DNA from: Acidimicrobiales bacterium
Lineage (GTDB): Bacteria; Actinomycetota; Acidimicrobiia; Acidimicrobiales; VFJN01
NCBI GenBank assembly: GCA_046598715.1
Contig: JBKJIE010000093.1
Location: 16,964 to 80,963, forward strand
Reading direction: 5' to 3'
Length of the DNA stretch: 64,000 bases
Below, in pieces: positions 27,474-36,484 of this stretch (position 1 is the first letter of the stretch; every line of letters begins with the position of its first letter). The notes under the pieces are model-generated. The model was not told where the DNA came from, made no database searches, and was given only the letters and a program-made list of their open reading frames with translations. The translations under genes were made by a program, and so were the position numbers.

Positions 27474-28229
27474 ATGGATCTCGGCATCAGTGGTCGGCGA
27501 GCGGTGATCGCGGGCTCGTCGGCGGGTCTGGGCCTGGCTTCGGCGAGCGCCCTGTCGGCGTCGGGCGCACGGGTGGTGATCTGCGGGCGTGATGCCGGGC
27601 GGCTCGATGCGGCCGTCGCACGCCTGCGTGGCGCGGGCGGTGACATCACCGGTCTGGTGGCCGACGTCGGCTCGATCGAGGGCGCGACGCAGTTCGTCGC
27701 GGAGGCGACCGAGGTGCTCGGTGGCATCGACATCCTCGTGCCCAACGCTGGTGGTCCCCCACCGGGCACGTTCGCATCGACGGAGATGGATGCGTATCTG
27801 CCTGCACTGGAGCTCAACCTCCTCTCGACGGTGGCCATGTGCAAGGCCGCCGTTCCCGGCATGGTCGAGAACGGGTGGGGCAGGGTTTGCGCCATCACGT
27901 CGATCTCGGTGCGGCAGCCCATCGGCGTGCTGATCCTGTCGAACACGGCCCGCGCCGGGGTGACCGGCTTCCTCAAGACGCTTGCCACCGAGGTTGCACC
28001 ACACGGCGTCACGGTCAACACCGTGTTGCCGGGATCCCACGCCACGGATCGCCTCACCAAGGTCCACGGTGGTGACCTGTCGACGGCCGCGGCTGCAGTG
28101 CCGGCGGGTGTCCTCGGTCGGCCTGAGGACTTCGGCCAGGTCGTCGCGTTCCTGTGCTCGGATCAGGCCCGGTTCATCACGGGCGTGGCGCTGCAGGTCG
28201 ACGGTGGCGCCAGTCGAGCCCTTCTCTGA
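27474..28229 (+). CDS. SDR family oxidoreductase
   Basis: ATG 27474. GSSAGLG cofactor loop, NAGGPPPG and SNTARAG. The long upstream part of ORF 26244..28229 is shadow sequence over the thiolase gene. Confidence 0.85.
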   Translation: MDLGISGRRAVIAGSSAGLGLASASALSASGARVVICGRDAGRLDAAVARLRGAGGDITGLVADVGSIEGATQFVAEATEVLGGIDILVPNAGGPPPGTFASTEMDAYLPALELNLLSTVAMCKAAVPGMVENGWGRVCAITSISVRQPIGVLILSNTARAGVTGFLKTLATEVAPHGVTVNTVLPGSHATDRLTKVHGGDLSTAAAAVPAGVLGRPEDFGQVVAFLCSDQARFITGVALQVDGGASRALL

Positions 28230-28260
28230 ACCAGGTCCCCTTCTGAACGAGGTTGTTGCC

Positions 28261-28575
28261 GTGGGCTTTCGCCATGTCGTGATGTTCCGCTGGAACGATG
28301 CTGCCGACGAGGCCGGGCGGCAAGCGGTGGTCGACGCACTGGGGGGTCTGCCAGCGCAGATCCCCGAGATCCTCGAGTACCGAGTGGGTCCCGACGCCGG
28401 TCTCGCCGAGGACAACTGGGACTTCGTTGTGGTGGCCGACTTCTCGGACCAGGCGGGCTACGAGGTGTACCGCGACCACCCGGCGCACCTCGCAGTCATC
28501 GCCGACCGCATCCGCCCGCTCGTCGCCCAGCGCGCCGCGGTGCAGACACACGTCGCAGACGAGGTGGCCAGCTGA
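28261..28575 (+). CDS. Dabb (stress-responsive alpha/beta barrel) domain protein
   Basis: GTG 28261. Product VGFRHVVMFRWNDAA...YRDHPAHLAV is typical of the Dabb family. Confidence 0.75.
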   Translation: MGFRHVVMFRWNDAADEAGRQAVVDALGGLPAQIPEILEYRVGPDAGLAEDNWDFVVVADFSDQAGYEVYRDHPAHLAVIADRIRPLVAQRAAVQTHVADEVAS

Positions 28576-28589
28576 CCCTCGCCCGACTA

Positions 28590-28618
28590 TTGACCTAACC
28601 CCTGCCAGTACTTAGGTT
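28590..28618 (+). promoter_or_regulatory. Candidate sigma-70-type promoter (TTGACC-17 nt-TAGGTT) embedded in inverted repeat ACCTAA-N14-TTAGGT
   Basis: Read directly in the AT-richer gap, 33 nt upstream of ATG 28651. Confidence 0.3.
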
Positions 28619-28650
28619 GCGCCTCCGGACGTGATTCGGGGGTCGATTCG

Positions 28651-29409
28651 ATGTCGGAGCAAGCAGGGGGTGCAGGTCGTCGCGTCGCCATCGTGAGCGA
28701 CGCCGCTGGCTATGTCGGCCCGAACCTGAGCCGCGTGCTCGTGGAGCGCGGCCACGACCTCGTCATCGGTGATCCCGCCGACGGACTCGTCGACGAGCTG
28801 ACTGGCATGGGTGCCGCCATCGAGGTCGTCGAGCGGGTGCGCGACCTCGCCAAGGGCGACGCCGCCGAGCGCCTCGTGCAGGCGGCCATGGACCGCTTCG
28901 GGCGCATCGACTCGGCCACCGCGTTCACGGGCCGGATCGTGGTGGGCCGGTTCCTCCGCTCGACGATGGACGACATGCGCGCCGCGCTGGTGGGCTGCGT
29001 AGAGGCGCCCTATGCGTTTCTCCGGGTGGTGGTGCCGGTGATGGTGGAGCAGGGCGAGGGACAGGTGCTGGTGTTCACCAGCGCGGCTGGGGCCCGGCCG
29101 ACGCCCGGCGCGCCGCTGTACTCCTCGGCACGGGCGGGGGCCAACATGCTCGTGCGCAACGTCGCCGCCGAGGTGGCGGGCAAGGGCGTGCAGGTGAACG
29201 CCATCGGCACGAACTTCATGGACTTTCCCGAGTTCCTCAAGGCCAACAACGCCGAAGACCCAGAGGGCCGAGCCCGCGTGGAGGCGGCCGTGCCCATGGG
29301 TCGGCTCGGCACGCTCGCCGAGCTGGCCAGCTTCTCCGCCGCGTTCGTCGACGGCACCAGCCGCTTCGCGACCGGCCAGTTCGTGGCCTTCGCCGGAGGC
29401 TGGGCATGA
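28651..29409 (+). CDS. Halohydrin dehalogenase-like SDR-fold protein (HHDH family candidate)
   Basis: It lacks the TGxxxGxG cofactor loop and has S16-x4-Y21-x-G23 instead. The catalytic pattern is S144-x12-Y157-x3-R161 (TSAAGARPTPGAPLYSSARAG), that is Ser-Tyr-Arg rather than Ser-Tyr-Lys. The C-terminal region resembles HheC from memory (YSSARAGA..., MGRLGT...TGQFVAFAGGW). Confidence 0.75.
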   Translation: MSEQAGGAGRRVAIVSDAAGYVGPNLSRVLVERGHDLVIGDPADGLVDELTGMGAAIEVVERVRDLAKGDAAERLVQAAMDRFGRIDSATAFTGRIVVGRFLRSTMDDMRAALVGCVEAPYAFLRVVVPVMVEQGEGQVLVFTSAAGARPTPGAPLYSSARAGANMLVRNVAAEVAGKGVQVNAIGTNFMDFPEFLKANNAEDPEGRARVEAAVPMGRLGTLAELASFSAAFVDGTSRFATGQFVAFAGGWA

Positions 29410-31664
29410 CCTCGCCGAACGAGCCCTTCGGCGGCCACATCGGCCGCACCTATCACGACTCCACCCCGTGGTGGCCCGATCCGCCCGCGGGACTGGGTGG
29501 TCCGAACGTGGTGATGGTGGTGCTCGACGACACGGGCTTCGGGCACTTCGGGTGCTACGGATCTGAGCTGGCCACGCCGGCCATCGACCGCCTGGCCGCC
29601 GGCGGACTCCGGTACACCGGGTTCCACACCACAGCACTGTGCTCGCCGTCGCGCGCGGCGCTGCTCACAGGCCGCAACCCGCACGCCGTCGGCATGCGGG
29701 GCGTGTCCAACTGGAGCACCGGGTTCCCCCACATGCGGGGCGGGATCAGCCCGCGCGCGGCCACGGTGGCCGAGTTGCTCCGCGCCCACGGGTACGCCAC
29801 CTACGCGGCGGGGAAGTGGCACCTCGCGCCCATGGAGGAGTGCTCGGCTGCTGGCCCGCACACCAACTGGCCGCTGCAGAAGGGCTTCGATCGGTTCTAC
29901 GGCTTCCTCCAAGGCGAGACCGACCAGTTCCACCCCGAGCTCACGAGCGACAACGGCCACATCGATCCGCCGGGCCGTCCTGAGGACGGCTACCACGTGT
30001 CGGAGGACATCGTCGACCGCGCTACCGGGTGGATCGGCGACCTGCAGTCGATCCGTCCCGACCGGCCGTTCTTCCTCTACCTGCCCTTCGGGGCCACGCA
30101 CGCGCCCCATCAGGCACCGGCCGCGTACCTCGCTCGTTGGCGAGGCCGCTTCGACGACGGCTATGACGCCGCCCGAGCGCGCTGGTTCGCGCGTCAGATC
30201 GAGCTCGGCATCGTGCCGCCAGGCACCACGTTGGCCCCGCCAAACCCGGGCGTGCCCGCGTGGACCGATCTCACCGACAACCAGCGCCGGTTCTCCGCTC
30301 GGTTGCAGGAGGCGTTCGCAGCGATGCTCGAGCACACCGATGTGCAGATCGGGCGCCTCGTCGACTTCCTCGAGCGCCGGGCGCTGCTCGACAACACCAT
30401 CGTGATGGTGCTGTCCGACAACGGCGCCTCGCGCGAGGGCGGGCCCTTCGGTGTGATGGACGAGTTCAGCTTCTTCAACGCGGCGTGGGAGGACATCGAC
30501 GAGCTCGTGGCCACCCGCCTCGACGACATCGGGGGGCCCCACTCGCACTCGAACTACCCGTGGGGCTGGGCCCAGGCTGGCAACTCGCCGCTTCGTTGGT
30601 ACAAGCAGAACACCTACGGCGGCGGCGTGCGCGACCCGCTCGTCGTCCACTGGCCCACGGGCATCACCGACGCCGGCGCCATCCGCACGCAGTTCTGCCA
30701 CGCCGTCGACATCACCCCCACCATCCTCGAGCTCACGGGCGCGCCGGTGGCCGATCACCACAACGGCGTGGCGCAGATCCCCATGCACGGGGCATCGATC
30801 ACGGCCACCTTCGACAACCCGGCGGCGTCTGCACCGCGCTCGATCCAGTACTTCGAGCAGATGGGACACCGGGGCCTCTGGGCCGACGGCTGGAAGATCT
30901 CGACCTACCACGAGCAAGGCCAGCCGATCGACGACGACGAGTGGGCGCTCTTCCACCTCGACGAGGACTTCTCGGAGTGCCACGACGTCTCGGCGGAGCA
31001 TCCCGAGAAGCTCCGCGAGCTCATCGAGCTGTGGTGGGTGGAGGCGGGTCAGCACGGCGTGCTGCCCCTCGACGACCGCACGATCGAGCTGTTCGGCGGC
31101 CAAGCGCGCCCCGCCACGGTGCACGCCCGCCGCGACTACGTGTACTTCCCGCCGCTGGCCCACATCCCCGCCGACGCCGCGCCACCGCTGGGGGGCCGGT
31201 CGTGGACGATCACCGCCGAGGTCGACGTGCCCCACGGCGACGGCGAGGGTGTGCTCTACGCCCGGGGCGGACACAACGTGGGCCACACGTTCTTCGTCAA
31301 GGACGGTGCATTGCAGTTCGACTACAACGCGCTCGGCACGCACCACCGAGCCGCGGGCGCGCTGCCGCCGATGTCGGGCCGACATGCGCTCTCCGCACGG
31401 TTCGAACGGGCAGGGAAGGGCGGCACGCTGTCCCTCGCGCTCGACGGCGCAGAGGTGGCGAGCATCGAGATACCCAAGATCGTGCGGATGCTGGGCTCGA
31501 CGGGGCTCGACGTGGGACGCGACGCGCTGTCACCCGTGGTCGACGACTACGACGCGCCCTTCCCGTTCACGGGCACAATCGATCGCATCACCTTCGCCAT
31601 CCGGAGCCGACCCGACGCGGCCGAGATCGAGGCGACCGCCCGCGCGGAGCTCGCCAAGGAGTGA
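29406..31664 (+). CDS. Arylsulfatase-type sulfatase (Cys-type, 752 aa), paralogue of 19458..21734
   Basis: LCSPSRAALLTGR (CxPxR) after VVLDDTGFG, and SDNGAS. ATG 29406 forms an ATGA overlap with the HHDH-like stop. Confidence 0.9.
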   Translation: MTSPNEPFGGHIGRTYHDSTPWWPDPPAGLGGPNVVMVVLDDTGFGHFGCYGSELATPAIDRLAAGGLRYTGFHTTALCSPSRAALLTGRNPHAVGMRGVSNWSTGFPHMRGGISPRAATVAELLRAHGYATYAAGKWHLAPMEECSAAGPHTNWPLQKGFDRFYGFLQGETDQFHPELTSDNGHIDPPGRPEDGYHVSEDIVDRATGWIGDLQSIRPDRPFFLYLPFGATHAPHQAPAAYLARWRGRFDDGYDAARARWFARQIELGIVPPGTTLAPPNPGVPAWTDLTDNQRRFSARLQEAFAAMLEHTDVQIGRLVDFLERRALLDNTIVMVLSDNGASREGGPFGVMDEFSFFNAAWEDIDELVATRLDDIGGPHSHSNYPWGWAQAGNSPLRWYKQNTYGGGVRDPLVVHWPTGITDAGAIRTQFCHAVDITPTILELTGAPVADHHNGVAQIPMHGASITATFDNPAASAPRSIQYFEQMGHRGLWADGWKISTYHEQGQPIDDDEWALFHLDEDFSECHDVSAEHPEKLRELIELWWVEAGQHGVLPLDDRTIELFGGQARPATVHARRDYVYFPPLAHIPADAAPPLGGRSWTITAEVDVPHGDGEGVLYARGGHNVGHTFFVKDGALQFDYNALGTHHRAAGALPPMSGRHALSARFERAGKGGTLSLALDGAEVASIEIPKIVRMLGSTGLDVGRDALSPVVDDYDAPFPFTGTIDRITFAIRSRPDAAEIEATARAELAKE

Positions 31665-31670
31665 CAGGCA

Positions 31671-31874
31671 CTAGCGAGCGGGCTTGGGCTCCCACGTGGG
31701 CCGGGCCAGGGCACCGCGGCCGAGGAGCAGCTCCCGACACGGAGGGCACGTCCACCAGCCGGTCTCGAGGCCTTGTGAGAGCGTCTCGTCGCCGGCGAAG
31801 TCCTTGCGGCACCGTCCGCACACCCGCGGGGCGGGCGGCCCGTTGAGCTCCTCTGCGATCTGCGATGCGGACAC
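31671..31874 (-). CDS. Small zinc-ribbon-like hypothetical protein (67 aa)
   Basis: GTG start with GGAGG 7 nt upstream. Two CxxC pairs (CGRC, CPPC). Confidence 0.45.
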   Translation of the reverse strand: MSASQIAEELNGPPAPRVCGRCRKDFAGDETLSQGLETGWWTCPPCRELLLGRGALARPTWEPKPAR

Positions 31875-31983
31875 GATGATGCCTCCGAGCTGAGCTCAGA
31901 AGAGGCGTCGGGCCGAGCAGGCCGTCCCTTCCAAGGAAGACCCTCACGGTATCGGGGCGAGGCGACGAACCGCCCGTTCGACC

Positions 31984-32796
31984 TCAGGCGAACAGTGCTG
32001 CGCCGGCTCGGATCGCGGTGTACGCGGCCACCGCCACGAGGAGCGCGGCGAACCAGCGGAGGCTGCCCTCAGGGTCGAGGCGGTCGGCGATCTTGCCGCC
32101 GCTGAGCACGCCGGCGATGGCCGCCACCGTGAAGGGGAGGGTGACACCCCAGTCGATGCTCGTGGTGGCCAGGCGGGTGGTGAGGGCGACGGCTGAGTTG
32201 ATGGCGATCACGAGCAGCGACGTGCCGATCGCCTGCGGCATGGGGAGCTTGAGCACGAGGGCCAGCGCGGGGACGATCACGAAGCCGCCGCCGACGCCGA
32301 ACAGGCCAGTGAGGAACCCCACGGCGGTACCCGCGGACAGCACCACGACTGCCGTCCGGACATCGATCGGTCGCCGGGTGGCGACCGCCGTCGTGCCGGA
32401 TCGGTCGAGCTCCCGGGTCTCCCCGACCTTGGTGCACGTCGGGCACGCAGTGAGCATGCGCCACGCCGCGATCACGACGAGGCCGCTGAAGGCCAGGAGG
32501 AGCACATCAGGGTCGAGTCGACGGTTCAGCAGGGATCCGGCGAGGGAACCCCCGATGCCACACAGGCCGAACACCACTCCTTGGGCCACCCGCACCCGTC
32601 CCGCCCGCCAGTGGGCGCCCATCCCGACCAGCGAGGCGGTGCCCACCAGGAAGAGGCTGGTGGCGGTGGCAGCCTTCGGATCCTGACCGGCGGCGTAGAC
32701 GAGCGCCGGCACAGCGAGGATGGAACCGCCGCCGCCGAGGGCGCCGAGCGACAACCCGATCAGGAAGCCGAGTGGAGACGCGAGCAGGGCGCGCAT
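31984..32796 (-). CDS. TauE/SafE family sulfite/anion exporter
   Basis: 270 aa with ~8 predicted hydrophobic segments and repeated GxGGG motifs (LGALGGGGSILAVP, LFGVGGGFVIVP). The start overlaps the upstream stop by 1 nt. Confidence 0.85.
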   Translation of the reverse strand: MRALLASPLGFLIGLSLGALGGGGSILAVPALVYAAGQDPKAATATSLFLVGTASLVGMGAHWRAGRVRVAQGVVFGLCGIGGSLAGSLLNRRLDPDVLLLAFSGLVVIAAWRMLTACPTCTKVGETRELDRSGTTAVATRRPIDVRTAVVVLSAGTAVGFLTGLFGVGGGFVIVPALALVLKLPMPQAIGTSLLVIAINSAVALTTRLATTSIDWGVTLPFTVAAIAGVLSGGKIADRLDPEGSLRWFAALLVAVAAYTAIRAGAALFA

Positions 32797-34205
32797 CAGC
32801 GGGGCTGGGGCCCCGGCTCACCGGTCGGCGCGGTGCCAGGCCGTGTGGCGATCCAGGCGCCGTAGCCACCGATGAGGTCGGCGACGGTGTGGAACCCGTG
32901 CGCGCGCAACGTCGAGGCCGCCACCGACGACCGGTAGCCACCCGCGCAGTAGACGATCGTGGGACGGCCTCGGTCGAGGTCGTCGATGTGGTCGAGCAGC
33001 GATGGCAGGGGCACGTTGCGAGCGCCCGGGATGATGCCCTCGGCGGTCTCGCCCAGGTTGCGGACGTCGACCACCTGCAGGGTCGGATCCTCCGCGAGCC
33101 ACGTGGCGACGTCAGCCGCGGGGAGACGGCTCGCGGTCGCGGCAAGGTCGGGCCGGTCGGCGAGGACGGCTTCGATGGAGGGCACCTCGCCGACGACGTC
33201 GTCGAAGCCGATGCGAGCCAGGCGCACCTTGGCCTCGACGCCGCGGCCCGCCTCACCAAGGAGCACCACCTGCTGGCCCGGGCGCACGACGTCGCCCGCG
33301 TACTCGGCGAACCGGCCGTCGAGGCCCACGTTCACCGAGCCCCGCACGTGGCCGGACGCGAACGACTCCGGCGGACGGGTGTCGAGCAGGACGGCGCCAG
33401 TGCGTCCCAGGTCGAGCGCCTCGTCGATGGTCAGCGCAGCCGGCGGCTCGTGGTCGTCGAGGAGCTCTCGCTCCCGACGGTTGGCGTTGGCTGCGAACGC
33501 GAAGTACAGCGGCGCCACCCCTTGGCCTTCGGTGACCGCCTCGACGAACGCGTCTTCCGACATGGGTGCCAGCGCGTAGTTCGTGGCCCGTTGCTCGCCG
33601 ATCGTGGACGACGCTGCCGTGGACAGGTTCTTGCCGCAGGCGGAGCCGGCACCGTGGGCGGGGAAGACGCGCGTGGGGTCGGGGAGCGTGAGCAGCTGCT
33701 CGTGCAGCGACCGGTGCAGGTCGCGGGCGAGGCTGTCCGCGGTGCGCCCCACCGAGGTGAGCAGGTCGGGTCGGCCGACATCGCCGATGAACAGGGTGTC
33801 GCCGGTGAGCACACCCCAAGGGGCCGCGTCGGGGTGCTCGTAGACGACGATCGAGATGCTCTCGGGCGTGTGGCCGGGGGTGTGACGGATCTCGAGGGTC
33901 ACCTCGCCCAGCGAGAGCCGCTGACCGTGAGCGAGCGGATCGATGGCGAAGTCGGCCTCGGCGGCATCGCCGTAGGAGATCACAGCGCCCGTGGCCGCGG
34001 CGAGCTCGAGATGCCCCGAGAGGAAGTCGGCGTGGAAGTGCGTCTCGATGACCCGCTCGATGGTGAGGCCATGGACCTCGGCGTCGGCGAGGTAGTCGGA
34101 GGTGTCTCGTTGGGGATCCACGACCACGGCGCGGCCGGTCGTCTCGTCGCCGATCACGTAGCTGTAGAGCGACAGGCAACCGAGCTGGTGCTGGTGAAAG
34201 TACAC
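32796..34205 (-). CDS. Persulfide dioxygenase (MBL fold, ETHE1/CstB-like) fused to two rhodanese domains
   Basis: MBL motif THFHADF. The C-terminal rhodanese has the active-site loop YCAGGYRS. Confidence 0.85.
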   Translation of the reverse strand: MYFHQHQLGCLSLYSYVIGDETTGRAVVVDPQRDTSDYLADAEVHGLTIERVIETHFHADFLSGHLELAAATGAVISYGDAAEADFAIDPLAHGQRLSLGEVTLEIRHTPGHTPESISIVVYEHPDAAPWGVLTGDTLFIGDVGRPDLLTSVGRTADSLARDLHRSLHEQLLTLPDPTRVFPAHGAGSACGKNLSTAASSTIGEQRATNYALAPMSEDAFVEAVTEGQGVAPLYFAFAANANRRERELLDDHEPPAALTIDEALDLGRTGAVLLDTRPPESFASGHVRGSVNVGLDGRFAEYAGDVVRPGQQVVLLGEAGRGVEAKVRLARIGFDDVVGEVPSIEAVLADRPDLAATASRLPAADVATWLAEDPTLQVVDVRNLGETAEGIIPGARNVPLPSLLDHIDDLDRGRPTIVYCAGGYRSSVAASTLRAHGFHTVADLIGGYGAWIATRPGTAPTGEPGPQPR

Positions 34206-34233
34206 GATGTTCCTCCGTGTGGTCGTCGGGGGG

Positions 34234-36399
34234 TCAGTGGGAGAAGCTGATGTGCGGAAGGCGGCGATCGAGCCAGGCGGGCACGTACCACGCTCGTTCG
34301 CCGAGCATGCCCAAGAGGGACGGCACCAGCATCATGCGGATGACCGTGGCGTCGAGCAGCACGGCGAGGGCCAGGGTGACCCCCAGCTCGGTCGGTGGGA
34401 TCGGACCCGTCACGCCGAACGCGATGAAGACCACGATCATGATCAGCGCCGCGTTCGTGATGGGGCGCCCGGTGCGGGCGATGCCCTCGCGCACGGCCAG
34501 CCGAGCGTCGCCCGTTGCGTCCCGGCGCTCCTTGATGGCTGCAAGCAGGAACAGCTGGTAGTCCATCGACAGGCCGAACAGCAGCGCGAAGAAGAACAGC
34601 GGCGCCCATGCATCCACGAAGCCCTGGTGCTCGATGCCGAGAAGCGACGCCCCGTAGCCGTGCTGGAAGACCAGTGTGGCGAAACCGAAGCTGGCGGCAA
34701 CACCGACCAGGTTCAGGAGGATCGACGAGACGGCGATCACCAGGCTGCGGAACACCACGAGCAGCAGCACGAACGCGACCAGCATGATCGCTCCAACGGC
34801 CAGCGGTGCCGCGCCCGTGAGCGCCGCGGTGAGGTCGTGGTTCTGGGCCCCAGGTCCACCGACGGTGGCGTCGGGGACGACGGGCTCCAGGTCGTGGCGG
34901 AGGCGGCCGACCAGCGATGAGGTGGCCTGGTCGTCCACGGCAGTGGCGGGGATGACCCGCACGACGGTGCGTCCGGTGGCGGACGGTTCGCTCACGACCC
35001 GAGCGTCAACGACCCCTGGCTCGGCGGCTGCCATCTCGACGACCGTGGTGGAACGCCCGGCAGGCGCGGTGATGAACAGGGGTGCAGCGGCCCCAGGGCC
35101 GAAGGCATCGACGACCGCTTCGTAGCCGTCGCGGCTCTGCTGGCCCCGGTCGACCACGCGCGCGCCGGGCATGCCCAATCGCATCCCGAACGCGGGGCTG
35201 GCCAGGAGCAGCAGGATGCCGAGGCCAGCGGCCAGCGTGACCCCCGGACGCCGCATGGCCGCAGCGGTCCACCGGGCCCACCGCCCCTCCGCGGCACGGT
35301 CCAGATCTTCGTGGCCACGGGCCACGAGGACCCGATCGCCGAGGGCGACGAGGATCGCGGGCAGGAGGGTGAGCGATGCGGCCGCGGTGGCCACCACCGA
35401 GAGGATCATCCCAAGGGCCATCGAGCGGAAGACCATCACGGGCACGAAGAAGACAGCCGCCAGCGAGAGCACGACCGTGAGGGCAGACAGGAACACCGCC
35501 TTGCCGGCGGTGGCGAGGGTGCCGGCCACCGCGTCGAGGGCATCCTTGCCGTCCTCGCGCTCCTCTCGGTAGCGGGAGACGATGAAGAGGCTGTAGTCGA
35601 TGCCGACGGCGAGGCCGATCATCATCGAGAAGTTCATGGACCACACCGACAACGGCGTGAGCCCCGTACCCAGGTGGAGCGCCGCGAACCCGACCGCGAT
35701 GCCGGCGATGGCGAGGATCAGGGGGATCCCGGCGGCGATGGCCGACCCGAAGGCGACGAAGAGGAGGATGACGGTTGGCAGCCCGGAGAGCAGCTCGGCG
35801 CGGTGGAGCGCCTGCTCGTTCTCGGTGTTGAAGTCGTGCCACACAGCCCATTCGCCCGTGGCGTTCGCAGTCGCGCCCTTGGGTAGGTCGATGCCCGCGA
35901 TGGTGTCCATCACCGCACCCGCGGCCTCTGGCCGGTCGGTGTCGTGCGGGGCGTCGAGCCCGACCGGCACCAAGGCGGTGCGGCCATCGGGGGAGATGAG
36001 GCCGGCGTCGGGGGGTGCTTTGAGCGGATCGACCACCGTGGTGGTGCGGCGGCTCCCCTGAAGGCCAGCGACGAGCGCGTGGAGGCCCGCAGGGTCCCGG
36101 ACGATCGGAGCAGCCTGGTGGTAGGCCACGATTGCTGCCTCCGCGCCGAGCTGGGGGAAGTCGCGCCGGATCTCGTCGCGCACCTGCTGCGCGGAGGAGC
36201 CCTGGGCCTCCCATCCGGCTCCTGAGAGGGCTGACGTGACGGTGATGGCGAGCGGTGCGGCCACCAGCACGATGAGCACCCACATGGTGAGCACCCGTCG
36301 CGGTCGGCGGCCGGCGGCCCGGCCGAGGCGGGCGAGGATGCCATCACCCTGCGGGTGATCCGATGATGACTGGGTGCGGGGATCCTCGATGAGGGTCAC
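34234..36399 (-). CDS. MMPL family RND-type membrane transporter
   Basis: 721 aa with two blocks of ~6 predicted TM helices separated by soluble loops, and typical MMPL sequence (ILARLGRAAGRRPRRVL..., MNFSMMIGLAVGIDYSLFIVSRYREE). GTG start at 36399. Confidence 0.85.
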   Translation of the reverse strand: MTLIEDPRTQSSSDHPQGDGILARLGRAAGRRPRRVLTMWVLIVLVAAPLAITVTSALSGAGWEAQGSSAQQVRDEIRRDFPQLGAEAAIVAYHQAAPIVRDPAGLHALVAGLQGSRRTTTVVDPLKAPPDAGLISPDGRTALVPVGLDAPHDTDRPEAAGAVMDTIAGIDLPKGATANATGEWAVWHDFNTENEQALHRAELLSGLPTVILLFVAFGSAIAAGIPLILAIAGIAVGFAALHLGTGLTPLSVWSMNFSMMIGLAVGIDYSLFIVSRYREEREDGKDALDAVAGTLATAGKAVFLSALTVVLSLAAVFFVPVMVFRSMALGMILSVVATAAASLTLLPAILVALGDRVLVARGHEDLDRAAEGRWARWTAAAMRRPGVTLAAGLGILLLLASPAFGMRLGMPGARVVDRGQQSRDGYEAVVDAFGPGAAAPLFITAPAGRSTTVVEMAAAEPGVVDARVVSEPSATGRTVVRVIPATAVDDQATSSLVGRLRHDLEPVVPDATVGGPGAQNHDLTAALTGAAPLAVGAIMLVAFVLLLVVFRSLVIAVSSILLNLVGVAASFGFATLVFQHGYGASLLGIEHQGFVDAWAPLFFFALLFGLSMDYQLFLLAAIKERRDATGDARLAVREGIARTGRPITNAALIMIVVFIAFGVTGPIPPTELGVTLALAVLLDATVIRMMLVPSLLGMLGERAWYVPAWLDRRLPHISFSH

Positions 36400-36484
36400 A
36401 GAGTCGCTCGTTTCAGGTCGGGGCGCGGATGAGACTGGGGTCGCGGTGACACGGACGCGGCAGTTGCCGGTTGTGCGGGCTGCG

